NCBI GenBank assembly: GCA_964549075.1
Contig: CAZJUB010000001.1
Location: forward strand, 31,255 to 95,254
Source of the DNA: an uncultured archaeon
GTDB taxonomy: Archaea > Asgardarchaeota > Heimdallarchaeia > Heimdallarchaeales > Heimdallarchaeaceae
Direction: 5' to 3'
DNA length: 64,000 nucleotides
The notes beneath the pieces are model-generated. The model had not been told where the DNA came from. It saw only the letters and a program-made list of their open reading frames with translations, and did not search any database. Below, piece by piece: positions 26,953 to 37,106 of this stretch (its first letter is position 1; each line of letters opens with the position of its first letter). The translations under genes were made by a program, and so were the position numbers.

Positions 26953-28506
26953 ATGAACGAAGATAAACATATGGAAAAACCTCCCATAAAAGTAGGTGTT
27001 CTCATCTCTGCTACAGGAATTGGAGCGTTTTTGGCATCCCTTGATGGAACCATAGTGAATATAAGTTTACCTCAAATTATGGGTAGTCTTGGAGTAGCTC
27101 AAAATCTGGTTCAATGGATAATCCTTAGTTATCTTCTCACTATGATTGCTTTCACTACAGTGTCAGGTGATTTAGGTGACAGAATTTCAAATAAATTGGT
27201 TTTTCAATCAGGTATGATTATTTTTTCTCTTGCTTCACTTCTCTGTTTTTTCGCAAGGTCTTTGATTTTATTAATTTTATTCAGAATTATACAAGGTATA
27301 GGCGCTACAGGTATGGTAGCTAATGGTATGGCCATAATTACGAGATTTACGACTAGAGAAAACCGTGGACTCGCTATTGGTTTAAATTCTCTACTCATTG
27401 CCGTAGCTATTGGTCTTGGTCCTATTCTCGGAGGAGCTCTTACTGAATATTTAGATGGAGTTTTGATTTTCAGAGGACAACCTTATTCAGGATGGCCATT
27501 TATTTTTCTAATTAACGTCCCAATTGGTTTACTTGGCTTTTTCTGGGTTCAACATGTTATACCACCTACACCACCTATTCAAGAAAGAAGAAGAAAAGCT
27601 GATGTCCCTGGATCAATCTTTTTATCAGGTTTTTTGTTTTTGATGGTTTTTAGTTTCAGCGTATTTGCTAGTATATTCGAGCACACATTTTTTGGTGCAA
27701 ATCCAAATCTATTTCCTGGGAACATTCCACTTACGAGGTTTAAGCTGGAAGTAGGAACTTTTGGACATTATGCTAAGTTATGGTCAAGTATGTCATTTGG
27801 ATTAAGTATTTTGTTTCTAATCTTCTTTATTTTGTGGGAAAGAAAAACAAACAATCCTGTAGTTGATCTTTCAATGTTCAAAAACAAGAGGTTTACTGTT
27901 GGAATTTTCTCAGGAGTCTTAGCTTACCTTGGGCTTTGTGTAATTATTTATCAGCTACCATTTTTTGTTCAACAGATTCTTCATTATGACACTTTTAGAA
28001 CAGGTATTGCGATTATGGGAACTCCTATAGGTATGGCAATAGCAGCTGCAGCATCAGGAGCTGTAGCTCATAAAATAGATGTGAAATATATATCAACTGC
28101 AGGAATTGGTATAATGGCTTTAGCACTCTTATTGGGTGCTTTATTTATCTCAGAACATGTCCCCACCATTATAATTGTAATTATAGCAACTGTTATTGGG
28201 ATTTCTCTAGGAATTTTTATCGCACCAAATAACACATCAGTGATGTCTGCAGCTCCAGAAAGTAAGCTAGGGATTGCAAATAGTATGTTAAGTTTGTCAA
28301 CTAACGTCGGATTTAGCTTAGGTACAGCTTTAGCAACAGCTGTATTTGTTTACTCACAAAATGTTTTTCAAAGAGCAAATGGGGGAAGTGTCAACGACAT
28401 TATAAACTATGTACCTGCAATGAGAATTTTATTTGGAGTTTTTGCGGGATTTATGTTGTTCTCAACTATTTTCTCCTTCTTTAGAGGTCCTAAGCCAGAA
28501 AATTAA
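26953..28506 (+). CDS. MFS transporter, 14-TM DHA2/EmrB-like
   Basis: About 14 TM segments. It carries the DGTIVNISLP and FRIIQGIGATG...ITRFTTRENRG motifs. It is a paralogue of 33105-34604. Confidence 0.8.
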   Translation: MNEDKHMEKPPIKVGVLISATGIGAFLASLDGTIVNISLPQIMGSLGVAQNLVQWIILSYLLTMIAFTTVSGDLGDRISNKLVFQSGMIIFSLASLLCFFARSLILLILFRIIQGIGATGMVANGMAIITRFTTRENRGLAIGLNSLLIAVAIGLGPILGGALTEYLDGVLIFRGQPYSGWPFIFLINVPIGLLGFFWVQHVIPPTPPIQERRRKADVPGSIFLSGFLFLMVFSFSVFASIFEHTFFGANPNLFPGNIPLTRFKLEVGTFGHYAKLWSSMSFGLSILFLIFFILWERKTNNPVVDLSMFKNKRFTVGIFSGVLAYLGLCVIIYQLPFFVQQILHYDTFRTGIAIMGTPIGMAIAAAASGAVAHKIDVKYISTAGIGIMALALLLGALFISEHVPTIIIVIIATVIGISLGIFIAPNNTSVMSAAPESKLGIANSMLSLSTNVGFSLGTALATAVFVYSQNVFQRANGGSVNDIINYVPAMRILFGVFAGFMLFSTIFSFFRGPKPEN

Positions 28507-28522
28507 GAAAATTAAACTAGTG

Positions 28523-29578
28523 CTAAATCTTACAAAAGTTAACTACTAGTTTTATGGTTTTAATAATATCATCAACCAAAAGTAAAGCTGTATTTCCGTG
28601 AATATATCTGCATGGAACTGAAACAACTCCTGAAGGAACACCTGATCTTGATCTAGAGATAGAGCCTGCATCTGTACCACCATATGTAGGTTTCTTATAC
28701 TGCCATTGGATATTATCTAATTCAGCTGCTTTTTTGATTCTTTCCAAAATTTTCTTAGGTACGATTAATGAACGATCTGCAGCTGTTACAGCAGGTCCAT
28801 TTCTCAAGCTTGTTACTACTTTTTGATTAGGAACTCCTGGAACATCACTCGCTATGGTATTTTCAAGTGCTAAGGCAATACTTGGCTTTAATGTGTAACT
28901 AGCCACCATCGCTCCCCGAGTTCCCACTTCTTCTTGAACTGCGAAACTAATAAGCAAGGTGTGAGGTATCTCTTTGCCTTTTAACTCTTCAAGAACATGT
29001 AGAAGTACATTACAAGCTGTTCGGTCATCAAATGCTTTTCCAAGAAGCGTATTTTCATTTAATAATATACATTTCGTGTAAAATGTTCCTACAGAACCTA
29101 TATCTAGACCTAAATTAACAACGTCTTCTTGTGAAGTACAACCAATATCGACAAACAGCTCGTTAATATCAGGTACTTTCTCTCTATCTTCAGGTTTTGT
29201 TATATGCGGTGGAGACGCTCCAACTACACCTATTATCCTCTCTCTCTTATCATTCTGAAATTCTAGAAGAGTACCAAGCATTAATCTCTTATCTATTCCT
29301 CCAAGAGGTTCGATTGTTAGAAAACCTCGTTCATCAATATGAGAAATCATAAAACCTACTTCATCTACATGAGCATCTAACATAATTTTTAAGCCGTTAG
29401 GATCTGTTCCTTCTCTTATTGCTAATACATTACCTAATGGATCTATCCATGCTTTATCTACGCCTAGTTTTTCAAGTTTTACAAGAATATAATCAGTCAC
29501 TTCTTCTTCATGACCTGGAACACCAATTAGGTTACTTAACTCAGTTTGAATTTCAATAACGCTCTCTCTGTTTACCAT
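28523..29578 (-). CDS. M42 family aminopeptidase (TET/FrvX-like)
   Basis: DAHVDEVGFMISHIDERGFL, FAVQEEVGTRGA and CRYIHG are M42 signature regions. Confidence 0.85.
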   Translation of the reverse strand: MVNRESVIEIQTELSNLIGVPGHEEEVTDYILVKLEKLGVDKAWIDPLGNVLAIREGTDPNGLKIMLDAHVDEVGFMISHIDERGFLTIEPLGGIDKRLMLGTLLEFQNDKRERIIGVVGASPPHITKPEDREKVPDINELFVDIGCTSQEDVVNLGLDIGSVGTFYTKCILLNENTLLGKAFDDRTACNVLLHVLEELKGKEIPHTLLISFAVQEEVGTRGAMVASYTLKPSIALALENTIASDVPGVPNQKVVTSLRNGPAVTAADRSLIVPKKILERIKKAAELDNIQWQYKKPTYGGTDAGSISRSRSGVPSGVVSVPCRYIHGNTALLLVDDIIKTIKLVVNFCKI

Positions 29579-29697
29579 TTTAATTACAAAAGAACTAGGG
29601 TAGAATTTTCTTAAGTGTTTCTCTTTCGATTTAAAACAGATTATTTTGGTAAGTAGTAATGTTTATTTAACAGCGTATTTCAGTTTCCTTGAGTAAT

Positions 29698-30498
29698 ATG
29701 AAGATTATTGTGTTTATAGATCAGATAGTAAGCACACAAGTAAAACTCCAAGGTGTTGATTTCTTCGACTCTAGCTTGATAAATGAAGATGACTTAGTTA
29801 TCAATCCAACAAGCAAGAATGCAATTGAAGGAGCTTTAAAGCTTAAAGACACTTCAGGTGCGAGTGTTACCGCTGTATGTGTTAGAGGTCTGAAACCGAT
29901 TAAAGCTTTGAGAGAAGCTATAGCTATGGGATGTAACGAAGCAATAGAAATTGCAGACGATTCATTCTATACAGAAGATCCAATGTTATTAGCTAAAATT
30001 TATGTTAGCGCATTGGAAAAGATTGGTGACTTTGATTTAGTTTTCCTAGGAGCTGAAGAACAATCTACTAGTTCTTATGCTGTAGGTGCCATGTTAGCAG
30101 AAAGACTTGACCTTCCAAGCGTTCTTTATGCCGAAGAGATGGAAAGTATAGAGAACGGTTTTAGAATTGGACATATTCTAGAAGGTGGAAGGAAGATTGT
30201 TGAGATTCCAAAAAAAGCATTAATTAGCACAGGTGACAGTCCATATTTTACACCGAGATATACATCTATGAGAGGAATATTAACCGCAAAGAGAGCAGAG
30301 GTACCCAAATGGTCTTCTGCCGATTTAGGACTAAGTGCTAGTGTTACTGGAAAAGAAGCAGCTTCTTTACAACAAGTGTCTTTGTCCAATATAGTTATCG
30401 AAAAGAAAAGCTACATTATCAATGAAGGAGAACCTGAAGAAATGGTTGACAATCTTCTTAGTAAGTTAAAAGAAGATGAAGTAAAATTAGGAGTGTGA
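29698..30498 (+). CDS. etfB: electron transfer flavoprotein beta subunit (EtfB/FixA)
   Basis: MKIIVFIDQ...INPTSKNAIEGALKLKD...AIAMGCNEAIEI is the typical EtfB pattern. I prefer the ATG at 29698 over the TTG at 29689. Confidence 0.85.
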   Translation: MKIIVFIDQIVSTQVKLQGVDFFDSSLINEDDLVINPTSKNAIEGALKLKDTSGASVTAVCVRGLKPIKALREAIAMGCNEAIEIADDSFYTEDPMLLAKIYVSALEKIGDFDLVFLGAEEQSTSSYAVGAMLAERLDLPSVLYAEEMESIENGFRIGHILEGGRKIVEIPKKALISTGDSPYFTPRYTSMRGILTAKRAEVPKWSSADLGLSASVTGKEAASLQQVSLSNIVIEKKSYIINEGEPEEMVDNLLSKLKEDEVKLGV

Positions 30499-30502
30499 TA
30501 AC

Positions 30503-31462
30503 ATGAATATATTAGTATTTGGACAAATTAGAGATAATTCAGTTGAAGAAAATCTTTTAGGTATTCTAAACAAATTATCAGAAGTTTTTGGTGATAGTGA
30601 AATCTCAGCTGCGCTTCTAACTAATCAGGTGAATAATGATTGGATTGAAAGTTTAGGTAAGCATGGTGTAAATCGTGTTTATACAGTTGAAACTCCAGAA
30701 TTAGAAGTCTATCTCAGTCGACCTTATGTTAAAGCAATGTTGGAAATAATCAAGAAAGCTGAACCCACTTTGGTTTTAGCTGCAGGAACTGTATATGGAG
30801 AAGATCTTATTCCAAGATTAGCTATTCATCATGGAGTCTCTTGTGCTCAAAGATTCGTAGATATTTCAAGAGATGGAGATGATGTTCTATTTCACACTCC
30901 TGTACGTGATGATCAAGCGATGAAAATTACTAAAATTGTTGGTAATATTAAATTCGCTACATCAAGAACAGGTGCTTTCTTTATAAATGAAAATCCATCA
31001 GGACAAAGTCCTGAAGTAGAAAAACTAGATGTTTCATTCGACTCAAATGATATGATAGTTAAACATGTTGAAATAAAGAAAGCAGAACGTACTGTAAATC
31101 TCAAAGATGCTAAGTTGATAGTTGCTGGTGGTAGAGGAGTAGGTGGTAAAGAAAATTTCCAGATCATAAAAGATTTAGCAACTACACTTGGTGGTGAGAT
31201 TGGTGCTACACGTGCTTGTACTGACCTTCATTGGATTGAAGAAACTTATGAGATAGGACAAACAGGTCAATCAGTTTCTCCAGATGTCTATATAGCAGCT
31301 GGAATATCAGGAGCTCCTCAGCATTTAAGTGGAGTAAAAGCAAAAACACTAATTGCTATTAATAATGATGAAGGTGCACCAATCTTTAATTTTGCTGATT
31401 ATGGCATTGTTGGAGATTTGCATGTAATTCTTCCCATTCTAAAATCTAAAATAAAGAGCTAA
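30503..31462 (+). CDS. etfA: electron transfer flavoprotein alpha subunit (EtfA/FixB)
   Basis: VAGGRGVGGKENF...GATRACTDLHWIEETYEIGQTGQSVSPDVYIAAGISGAPQHLSG is the FAD-binding C-terminal signature. Confidence 0.9.
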   Translation: MNILVFGQIRDNSVEENLLGILNKLSEVFGDSEISAALLTNQVNNDWIESLGKHGVNRVYTVETPELEVYLSRPYVKAMLEIIKKAEPTLVLAAGTVYGEDLIPRLAIHHGVSCAQRFVDISRDGDDVLFHTPVRDDQAMKITKIVGNIKFATSRTGAFFINENPSGQSPEVEKLDVSFDSNDMIVKHVEIKKAERTVNLKDAKLIVAGGRGVGGKENFQIIKDLATTLGGEIGATRACTDLHWIEETYEIGQTGQSVSPDVYIAAGISGAPQHLSGVKAKTLIAINNDEGAPIFNFADYGIVGDLHVILPILKSKIKS

Positions 31463-31515
31463 ATAATTCTTTTTAGTTCCTTTTTTTCTCTTTTTCTTTC
31501 TAATTCGGATTTTCA

Positions 31516-32979
31516 TTAATCTATTTTTGGAGTTTCAATATTCTGGAAAATTCTATCAAATCTACCTAAAGCTTCATCTATAATTTCAGGTGTGTTTGCC
31601 ATACTAGTGTATAATCTACTTCCTGCTAAAGTAACCATTCCTTCAGCCATATAAGCTGCACCATATTCTTCCATGGCTTGTTTTCTAATTTTTATTTCTT
31701 TCAATATTTTTAGGATTTTAAGGTAATTAAGATGCAAAAACAGAGTTCCAACTGTTTCTAAATGGCATATTGAACCTTGATTATATGCAACAAAAGGCAA
31801 ATTGTATTGATCGATTATTTTTTGTAATCCTTGAGTTAGTCTATCTCCTACTTTTCCTGCTTTAATTGCTGCATCTGTTTTTTCTATTTCCTTTATAGAA
31901 TAATATCCTGCTGCAGCACTTACTGGATTTGCCGATAAAGTTCCTCCTACATAAGCTCTTTTTGTATGTCCTTCTACACCTGCAGCTAAAAGACTTATAA
32001 GATCACTTCTACCACCAACTCCTCCTGCCCCTGGGTATCCACCTGCAACAATTTTGCCGAAAACTGTAAGATCTGGTTTCACATTAAAATACCCCTGAGC
32101 TCCTCCCAATCCTAGTCTAAATGCAGTAACAACTTCATCAAAAATCAATAAAGCATCATATTTATCGCATAGTTCACGAACCTGCTTATTGTATTCTTTA
32201 GAAACGGGACGTGTACCACTTTCAGGACCAAGAGGTTCAAGTAATACTGCAGCAGTTCCACCTCTTAACCTGTTTAACTTCAATTTTCTCTCAAGTGCAT
32301 CAATGTTATTTGGGAAAACTTCTTGTGTATGTTTTGAGCATGAAGCGGGGATTCCATGAGCTTCAAATCTTCCAGTTTTTGGGAGGTGAAGTCCGTATAC
32401 TAATTGATCGCTCCACCCATGATAAGCTCCACCCGATTTTATGATCTTTTTCTTTTTGGTGGCGAGTCTAGCAATTCTGAGAGCAGCCATATCCGATTCA
32501 GTGCCACTACCAAGCATACGAAACATTTCGACTGCAGGCATACAGTGATTAATTTCTTTTGCTAGTTTAAGCTCAAATTCATGAAATAAACCAGTAGCTG
32601 GGCTACATTCCTTTATAACATCAATAATTTTTTCTTGAACAGGTTTATAATTACTTCCTAGTAATGTTGGTCCTCCTGCTTGTAAAAAATCTATGTATTG
32701 ATTTCCGTCAATATCATAAAGATAAGATCCTTCCGCTTTTTCAACTACAATAGGAAAAGGATAATTAAAAGCAAGATTGTGTTGGACACCTCCTGGAATG
32801 TATTTTTTAGCTTCAGTAATAAGGGATTTTGATTTAGTGCATTTTTGTTCAAAAAAATCCATGTACCGTTCCATTGCAGATTTTTTAAAGTGATATGGAG
32901 GAATTTGCAGCAAATTTTTTGCTTTGGCATAAATCTCAGAAACATTAGGATATTCAGTTATCGCATAGCTCGAAACCAT
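31516..32979 (-). CDS. class III PLP aminotransferase, glutamate-1-semialdehyde aminomutase-like
   Basis: LIFDEVVTAFRLGLGGAQGYFNVKPDLTVFGKIVAGGYPG, with Lys as the PLP site. At 487 aa it is longer than canonical HemL. Confidence 0.8.
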   Translation of the reverse strand: MVSSYAITEYPNVSEIYAKAKNLLQIPPYHFKKSAMERYMDFFEQKCTKSKSLITEAKKYIPGGVQHNLAFNYPFPIVVEKAEGSYLYDIDGNQYIDFLQAGGPTLLGSNYKPVQEKIIDVIKECSPATGLFHEFELKLAKEINHCMPAVEMFRMLGSGTESDMAALRIARLATKKKKIIKSGGAYHGWSDQLVYGLHLPKTGRFEAHGIPASCSKHTQEVFPNNIDALERKLKLNRLRGGTAAVLLEPLGPESGTRPVSKEYNKQVRELCDKYDALLIFDEVVTAFRLGLGGAQGYFNVKPDLTVFGKIVAGGYPGAGGVGGRSDLISLLAAGVEGHTKRAYVGGTLSANPVSAAAGYYSIKEIEKTDAAIKAGKVGDRLTQGLQKIIDQYNLPFVAYNQGSICHLETVGTLFLHLNYLKILKILKEIKIRKQAMEEYGAAYMAEGMVTLAGSRLYTSMANTPEIIDEALGRFDRIFQNIETPKID

Positions 32980-33104
32980 AGCTCATCACAATTTTATTAG
33001 AGAACATTTATTTAAATTTATACTACCATGATAAGTTGGAAAAGACCTTTTTACATTATAGTGGAAACATAAGATATAAGAGTAAATTATAATACCTTCA
33101 AAAA

Positions 33105-34604
33105 ATGAATATTCAGACTGCGAGACTAGCTCACGGAAAAAGTGTTAGTATACCTATTCTTCTCAGTGCTACAACCATAGGAACCTTTATTGGTTCTTTA
33201 GATGCTTCAATAGTCTACATAAGTTTGGATACCATGCAATCAGAGTTTGGTTTTGCCAGTCAAGCTCAAATTGAATGGGTAGTTTTAGGTTATTTACTTG
33301 CAGTTATATCATTATTAGAAATATCTGGATATTTAGGTGATGTTTTCAGCAATAAATTAATTTTCAGAATTGGGATGACTATTTTTGGAGTCGGATCATT
33401 ATCATGTGCCTTAGCTCCATCTCTTCCGTGGTTAATAGTGTTCAGGATATTTCAAGGAGTAGGGGCAGCTGGTCTAACAGGCAATACAAATGCACTCATT
33501 ACAAGATTTACTACTACTAAGAATAGAGGTACAGCTCTGGGAATTAGTGCTTTAGTCTTTGCTTCAGCTATGTCTGTAGGTCCTGTATTAGGTGGAGTGT
33601 TAGTCAAATACTTAGGTTGGAGAAGTATTTTTTGGATAAATGTACCCATCTGTGTTGTTGGTCTTATTTGGTCTCACTATGCAATTCCTCCCACTCCTAC
33701 TCTTCAGAAAGGGAAAAAGAAGATGGATTTTGGAGGAGCTATTTTCTTCTCTATTTTCATAACTTTATTGATTTTTGGTCTTAGTTTTGTCATAAATAAA
33801 AATATTTCACATGGAAAATTGATAGGTGGAATTTCCCTCATTGTAAGTGTTTGTATCCTTTTACTTTTCCTATTCTGGGAAAAGAAAGTGAATAATCCAC
33901 TTATTGATTTATCTTTGTTTAAAAACAAGAAGATAGCTTTAGGACTTTCTGCAGCTGTGCTTGCATTTCAGGGAATGAACATTGTAACTTATCAAATTCC
34001 TTTCTTTCTTCAAGATATCAAATATTTTTCTCCCGATATGGCAGGTCTAATTTTGACAGGTTTTCCACTTGCAATTGTAATTACTAGTCCTATAGCTGGA
34101 AAGCTATCAAATCAGATAGATGCAAAATATCTTTCTAGTGCTGGAATTTTAGGTATTTCGATATCCTTAGGACTAATAAGTTTAGTCCTTTCAAGTACTC
34201 TCAAAATATGGGTAATAATAATCATCTCTGTATTCATGGGTGTTTCTGTTGGATTTTTTACTGCTCCTAACACAAATTCTGTTATGTCAGCTGGTCCTAA
34301 ACCAAAGTTAGGTATTGTAACAGGAATGGTGAACTTATCTAGAAATATAGGATTCACACTTGGAACTGCTTTATCAACTTTAATCTTTGTTTTTCTACTT
34401 AATAGATATCAAATTTCAACAGGGTTAGATAAACTCAATCCTGCTGTCTATGTACCTTCTATGAGAATCATGATTGCAGTCTTTGCAGTTTTTGCATTGA
34501 TAGGTGCAACTATCTCATTTTTAAGAGGTCCAGAAGAAAGAAACGAAAACAATAATTTTGAACGGAATTCTAGTTCAGATAATAACAAAGACTTAAATAA
34601 ATAA
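33105..34604 (+). CDS. MFS transporter, 14-TM DHA2/EmrB-like (paralogue of 26953-28506)
   Basis: Same motif set as its paralogue (LDASIVYISL, FRIFQGVGAAG...ITRFTTTKNRG). I estimate roughly 40-45% identity to the paralogue by eye over the N-terminal half. Confidence 0.8.
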   Translation: MNIQTARLAHGKSVSIPILLSATTIGTFIGSLDASIVYISLDTMQSEFGFASQAQIEWVVLGYLLAVISLLEISGYLGDVFSNKLIFRIGMTIFGVGSLSCALAPSLPWLIVFRIFQGVGAAGLTGNTNALITRFTTTKNRGTALGISALVFASAMSVGPVLGGVLVKYLGWRSIFWINVPICVVGLIWSHYAIPPTPTLQKGKKKMDFGGAIFFSIFITLLIFGLSFVINKNISHGKLIGGISLIVSVCILLLFLFWEKKVNNPLIDLSLFKNKKIALGLSAAVLAFQGMNIVTYQIPFFLQDIKYFSPDMAGLILTGFPLAIVITSPIAGKLSNQIDAKYLSSAGILGISISLGLISLVLSSTLKIWVIIIISVFMGVSVGFFTAPNTNSVMSAGPKPKLGIVTGMVNLSRNIGFTLGTALSTLIFVFLLNRYQISTGLDKLNPAVYVPSMRIMIAVFAVFALIGATISFLRGPEERNENNNFERNSSSDNNKDLNK

Positions 34605-34621
34605 AATAGGTCTTTTTCAAC

Positions 34622-35305
34622 GTGAAATCAATTTTCCGTAATGATAGAATAAAAGAGATAGAGAATAATAGAATGCCTGTTAAATTTTTAAATTATGGCA
34701 AATTTGTATTACATTTAATTGCTGAAGAATCTCCTACTATTGATCACTACTATAACATTGAAATAATTTCTCGAAATCCTAAATATCTCAAACCTATAAA
34801 ATATATGGGAATGGAAATTAGCCACACATTTGATGGATTATTGACTTATACAACAGACCTTTCTGGTGTTGCTAGATCTTATGTTCATCTATACAGAAAA
34901 GGGATTATTGAAGCAGTTGAAGGAAGCCTTTTGAAACCAATTGCATCAAAATTAGAAATACCAAGTATAGTTTATGAGGAAGAGATTTTGAAAGCTCTTC
35001 CTGATTATATTGAAGTTTTTAAGAGGATTTTAGTTCAACCTCCATTCAGCTTATATCTTACTTTAGTACAAGTTCAAGGTTATGAGATGAAGTTAAATAA
35101 ACCTATTCTTGGAGTTAATCCTGTACCCATTGACAAAGATGAACTAAAACTTGAAGAAATTTATGTTGAAGACTATTCTGAAACAGAAGATATCCCAAGA
35201 TTAGTTCAACCATGGTTTGATGAGATATGGAATGCATGTGGAATGTTCAAGTCATTTAATTATGATGAAAATGGCAATTGGGGATATGGTTTAAATTCTG
35301 ATTGA
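34622..35305 (+). CDS. hypothetical soluble protein (GTG start)
   Basis: 227-aa ORF that fills the gap between the MFS gene and fixC. No motif recognised. Confidence 0.45.
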   Translation: MKSIFRNDRIKEIENNRMPVKFLNYGKFVLHLIAEESPTIDHYYNIEIISRNPKYLKPIKYMGMEISHTFDGLLTYTTDLSGVARSYVHLYRKGIIEAVEGSLLKPIASKLEIPSIVYEEEILKALPDYIEVFKRILVQPPFSLYLTLVQVQGYEMKLNKPILGVNPVPIDKDELKLEEIYVEDYSETEDIPRLVQPWFDEIWNACGMFKSFNYDENGNWGYGLNSD

Positions 35306-35364
35306 TGAACATGATGTTGACAAGTAGTATCATTTATAAAGCGATATTTTGAACTCACAATATA

Positions 35365-36660
35365 ATGTCAGAAGAATATGATTTTGAAGTTGCAATAGTT
35401 GGAGCAGGACCTGCTGGGATTGCTGCTGCTTTAACTCTAGCAAATGCTGGTATTGAGACAGTAGTTCTAGAACGAGGTCAATATCCAGGTGCTAAGAATG
35501 TAAGTGGAGCAGCTATTTATGGTCCGTCTTTGCACAAATTAGTTCCCAATTATTGGGAAGATGAAAAATCATTTGAGCGATATCTAACAACAAAAAAAAT
35601 AACACTTCTTTCTGAATCTAGTTCAGTAACTATTGACGCTGATTTAAGGAATTTTTCGCAAGCACCTTATAATGGTGTAACTGTTATTAGGCCAAAGTTT
35701 GATAGATGGTTAGCAGAAAAAGCAGAAGAAGCAGGTGCAATGATTCTTCCTGATACAATGGTCGAGGATTTGGTATGGAAAGATAAACAAGTTGTTGGAG
35801 TAAAATCAGGTGAAGAGGAATTAAGAGTTAAATTAGTAATTCTTGCAGAAGGAGCGAATGAAATCTTAGTTCAAAAAGCTAAACTGATGAAGAAACCAAA
35901 AGCAAAACATTATGCTTTAGGTATGAAAGAAACATATGAGCTTTCTAAAGATAAAATAGAACAGAGATTTCATTTAGCTGAAAAGGAAGGACTCAGTAAC
36001 GAAATATTAGGAACTACAAGAGGTATTCCAGGTGGTGGTTTTTATTATACAAACAGAGATACAATCTCATTTGGTTTAATACTCAACATGGATGTTCTAA
36101 CAAAGAAAAAACTTGAAGCACCAGATGTTCTTGAGGAATTTAAAACTCATTCCTATATCCAGAAGTTACTCAAAGATGCAAAAATGATAGAATATTCAGC
36201 TCACATAATACCTGAAGGTGGCTTCAAACATATGCCAAAACTCTATGGAAATGGAGTTCTAGTTGCAGGTGACGCTGGAGGAATGGTTCTTAACGCAGGT
36301 CTTTATATTGAAGGTATAAATTTTGCTTTAGAATCTGGAAGAATTGCTGGTGAATCTGCAATTGAAATACTTAAAACCGAGAGATATACTAAGAAAGAAA
36401 CCAAAATTTACATGAAAAACCTTAAACAAAGTTTTGTCTATAAAGACTTGAAGACCTTTAAACGAGCTTCTCACTTCCTTGAGAACAAACACATGTTCAC
36501 TACAGCTCCAGATTTAGTAACTTCTCTCATGGAGAGATTATTAAGAAATAATGGACAACCAAGGAAAAGAATAGTTGTGACAGCTGTATGGCATGTTTTG
36601 AAGAAAACGCCTCTATTTGCTTTGATAAAATTACTATTAGGAGCGGTGAGATCATTATGA
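35365..36660 (+). CDS. fixC: FixC-type FAD-dependent oxidoreductase (ETF-quinone oxidoreductase-like)
   Basis: YDFEVAIVGAGPAGIAAALTLA...VLERG...NVSGAAIY and GDAGGMVLN are typical FixC features. The gene is translationally coupled to fixX. Confidence 0.85.
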   Translation: MSEEYDFEVAIVGAGPAGIAAALTLANAGIETVVLERGQYPGAKNVSGAAIYGPSLHKLVPNYWEDEKSFERYLTTKKITLLSESSSVTIDADLRNFSQAPYNGVTVIRPKFDRWLAEKAEEAGAMILPDTMVEDLVWKDKQVVGVKSGEEELRVKLVILAEGANEILVQKAKLMKKPKAKHYALGMKETYELSKDKIEQRFHLAEKEGLSNEILGTTRGIPGGGFYYTNRDTISFGLILNMDVLTKKKLEAPDVLEEFKTHSYIQKLLKDAKMIEYSAHIIPEGGFKHMPKLYGNGVLVAGDAGGMVLNAGLYIEGINFALESGRIAGESAIEILKTERYTKKETKIYMKNLKQSFVYKDLKTFKRASHFLENKHMFTTAPDLVTSLMERLLRNNGQPRKRIVVTAVWHVLKKTPLFALIKLLLGAVRSL

Positions 36661-36968
36661 GCAAAGTAAAACAACACAAAACCATTGAAGAGAAATTAGA
36701 TTTAACAAAGTTTACATCAGATCAAAATTATGCGCATATTACTATCGAACCAGCAATATGCAAAGCAAAATGTACAACATATGAATGTGTGTATGGATGT
36801 CCAGCTAGCTGCTACAAATTTACGGAAGGTGAAGAAGCTGAAGGTCCGGTATCTTTTGATTATATTGCTTGTTTAGAATGTGGAACTTGTAAGCTAGTTT
36901 GTCCTCATGGAAGTGTAGATTGGCATTATCCAAAGGGTGGATTTGGAGTAGAGTTCAAATACAGCTAA
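36657..36968 (+). CDS. fixX: FixX ferredoxin-like protein
   Basis: The ATG at 36657 overlaps the fixC stop (ATGA). CVYGCPASCYKF...CLECGTCKLVCPHGSVDWHYPKGGFGVEFKY is the FixX signature. Confidence 0.85.
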   Translation: MSKVKQHKTIEEKLDLTKFTSDQNYAHITIEPAICKAKCTTYECVYGCPASCYKFTEGEEAEGPVSFDYIACLECGTCKLVCPHGSVDWHYPKGGFGVEFKYS

Positions 36969-37106
36969 ATTCTGTTTGTGAAAACTCTATTTTTTCTTTT
37001 TATTTTGTCGGTTATTATGATATTAGTTCCAATACCTAACGTAAAAATAGCATTTGCATCCTTAAATATTCAAATCGTTCATATCCTCTAACAGAAGGTT
37101 GTTATT

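Noticed and set aside
36588-36656. Upstream extension of fixX (the track starts it at 36588)
   Set aside because: It overlaps the 3' end of fixC in another frame. The ATG at 36657, with an ATGA overlap, yields a typical FixX of about 100 aa.
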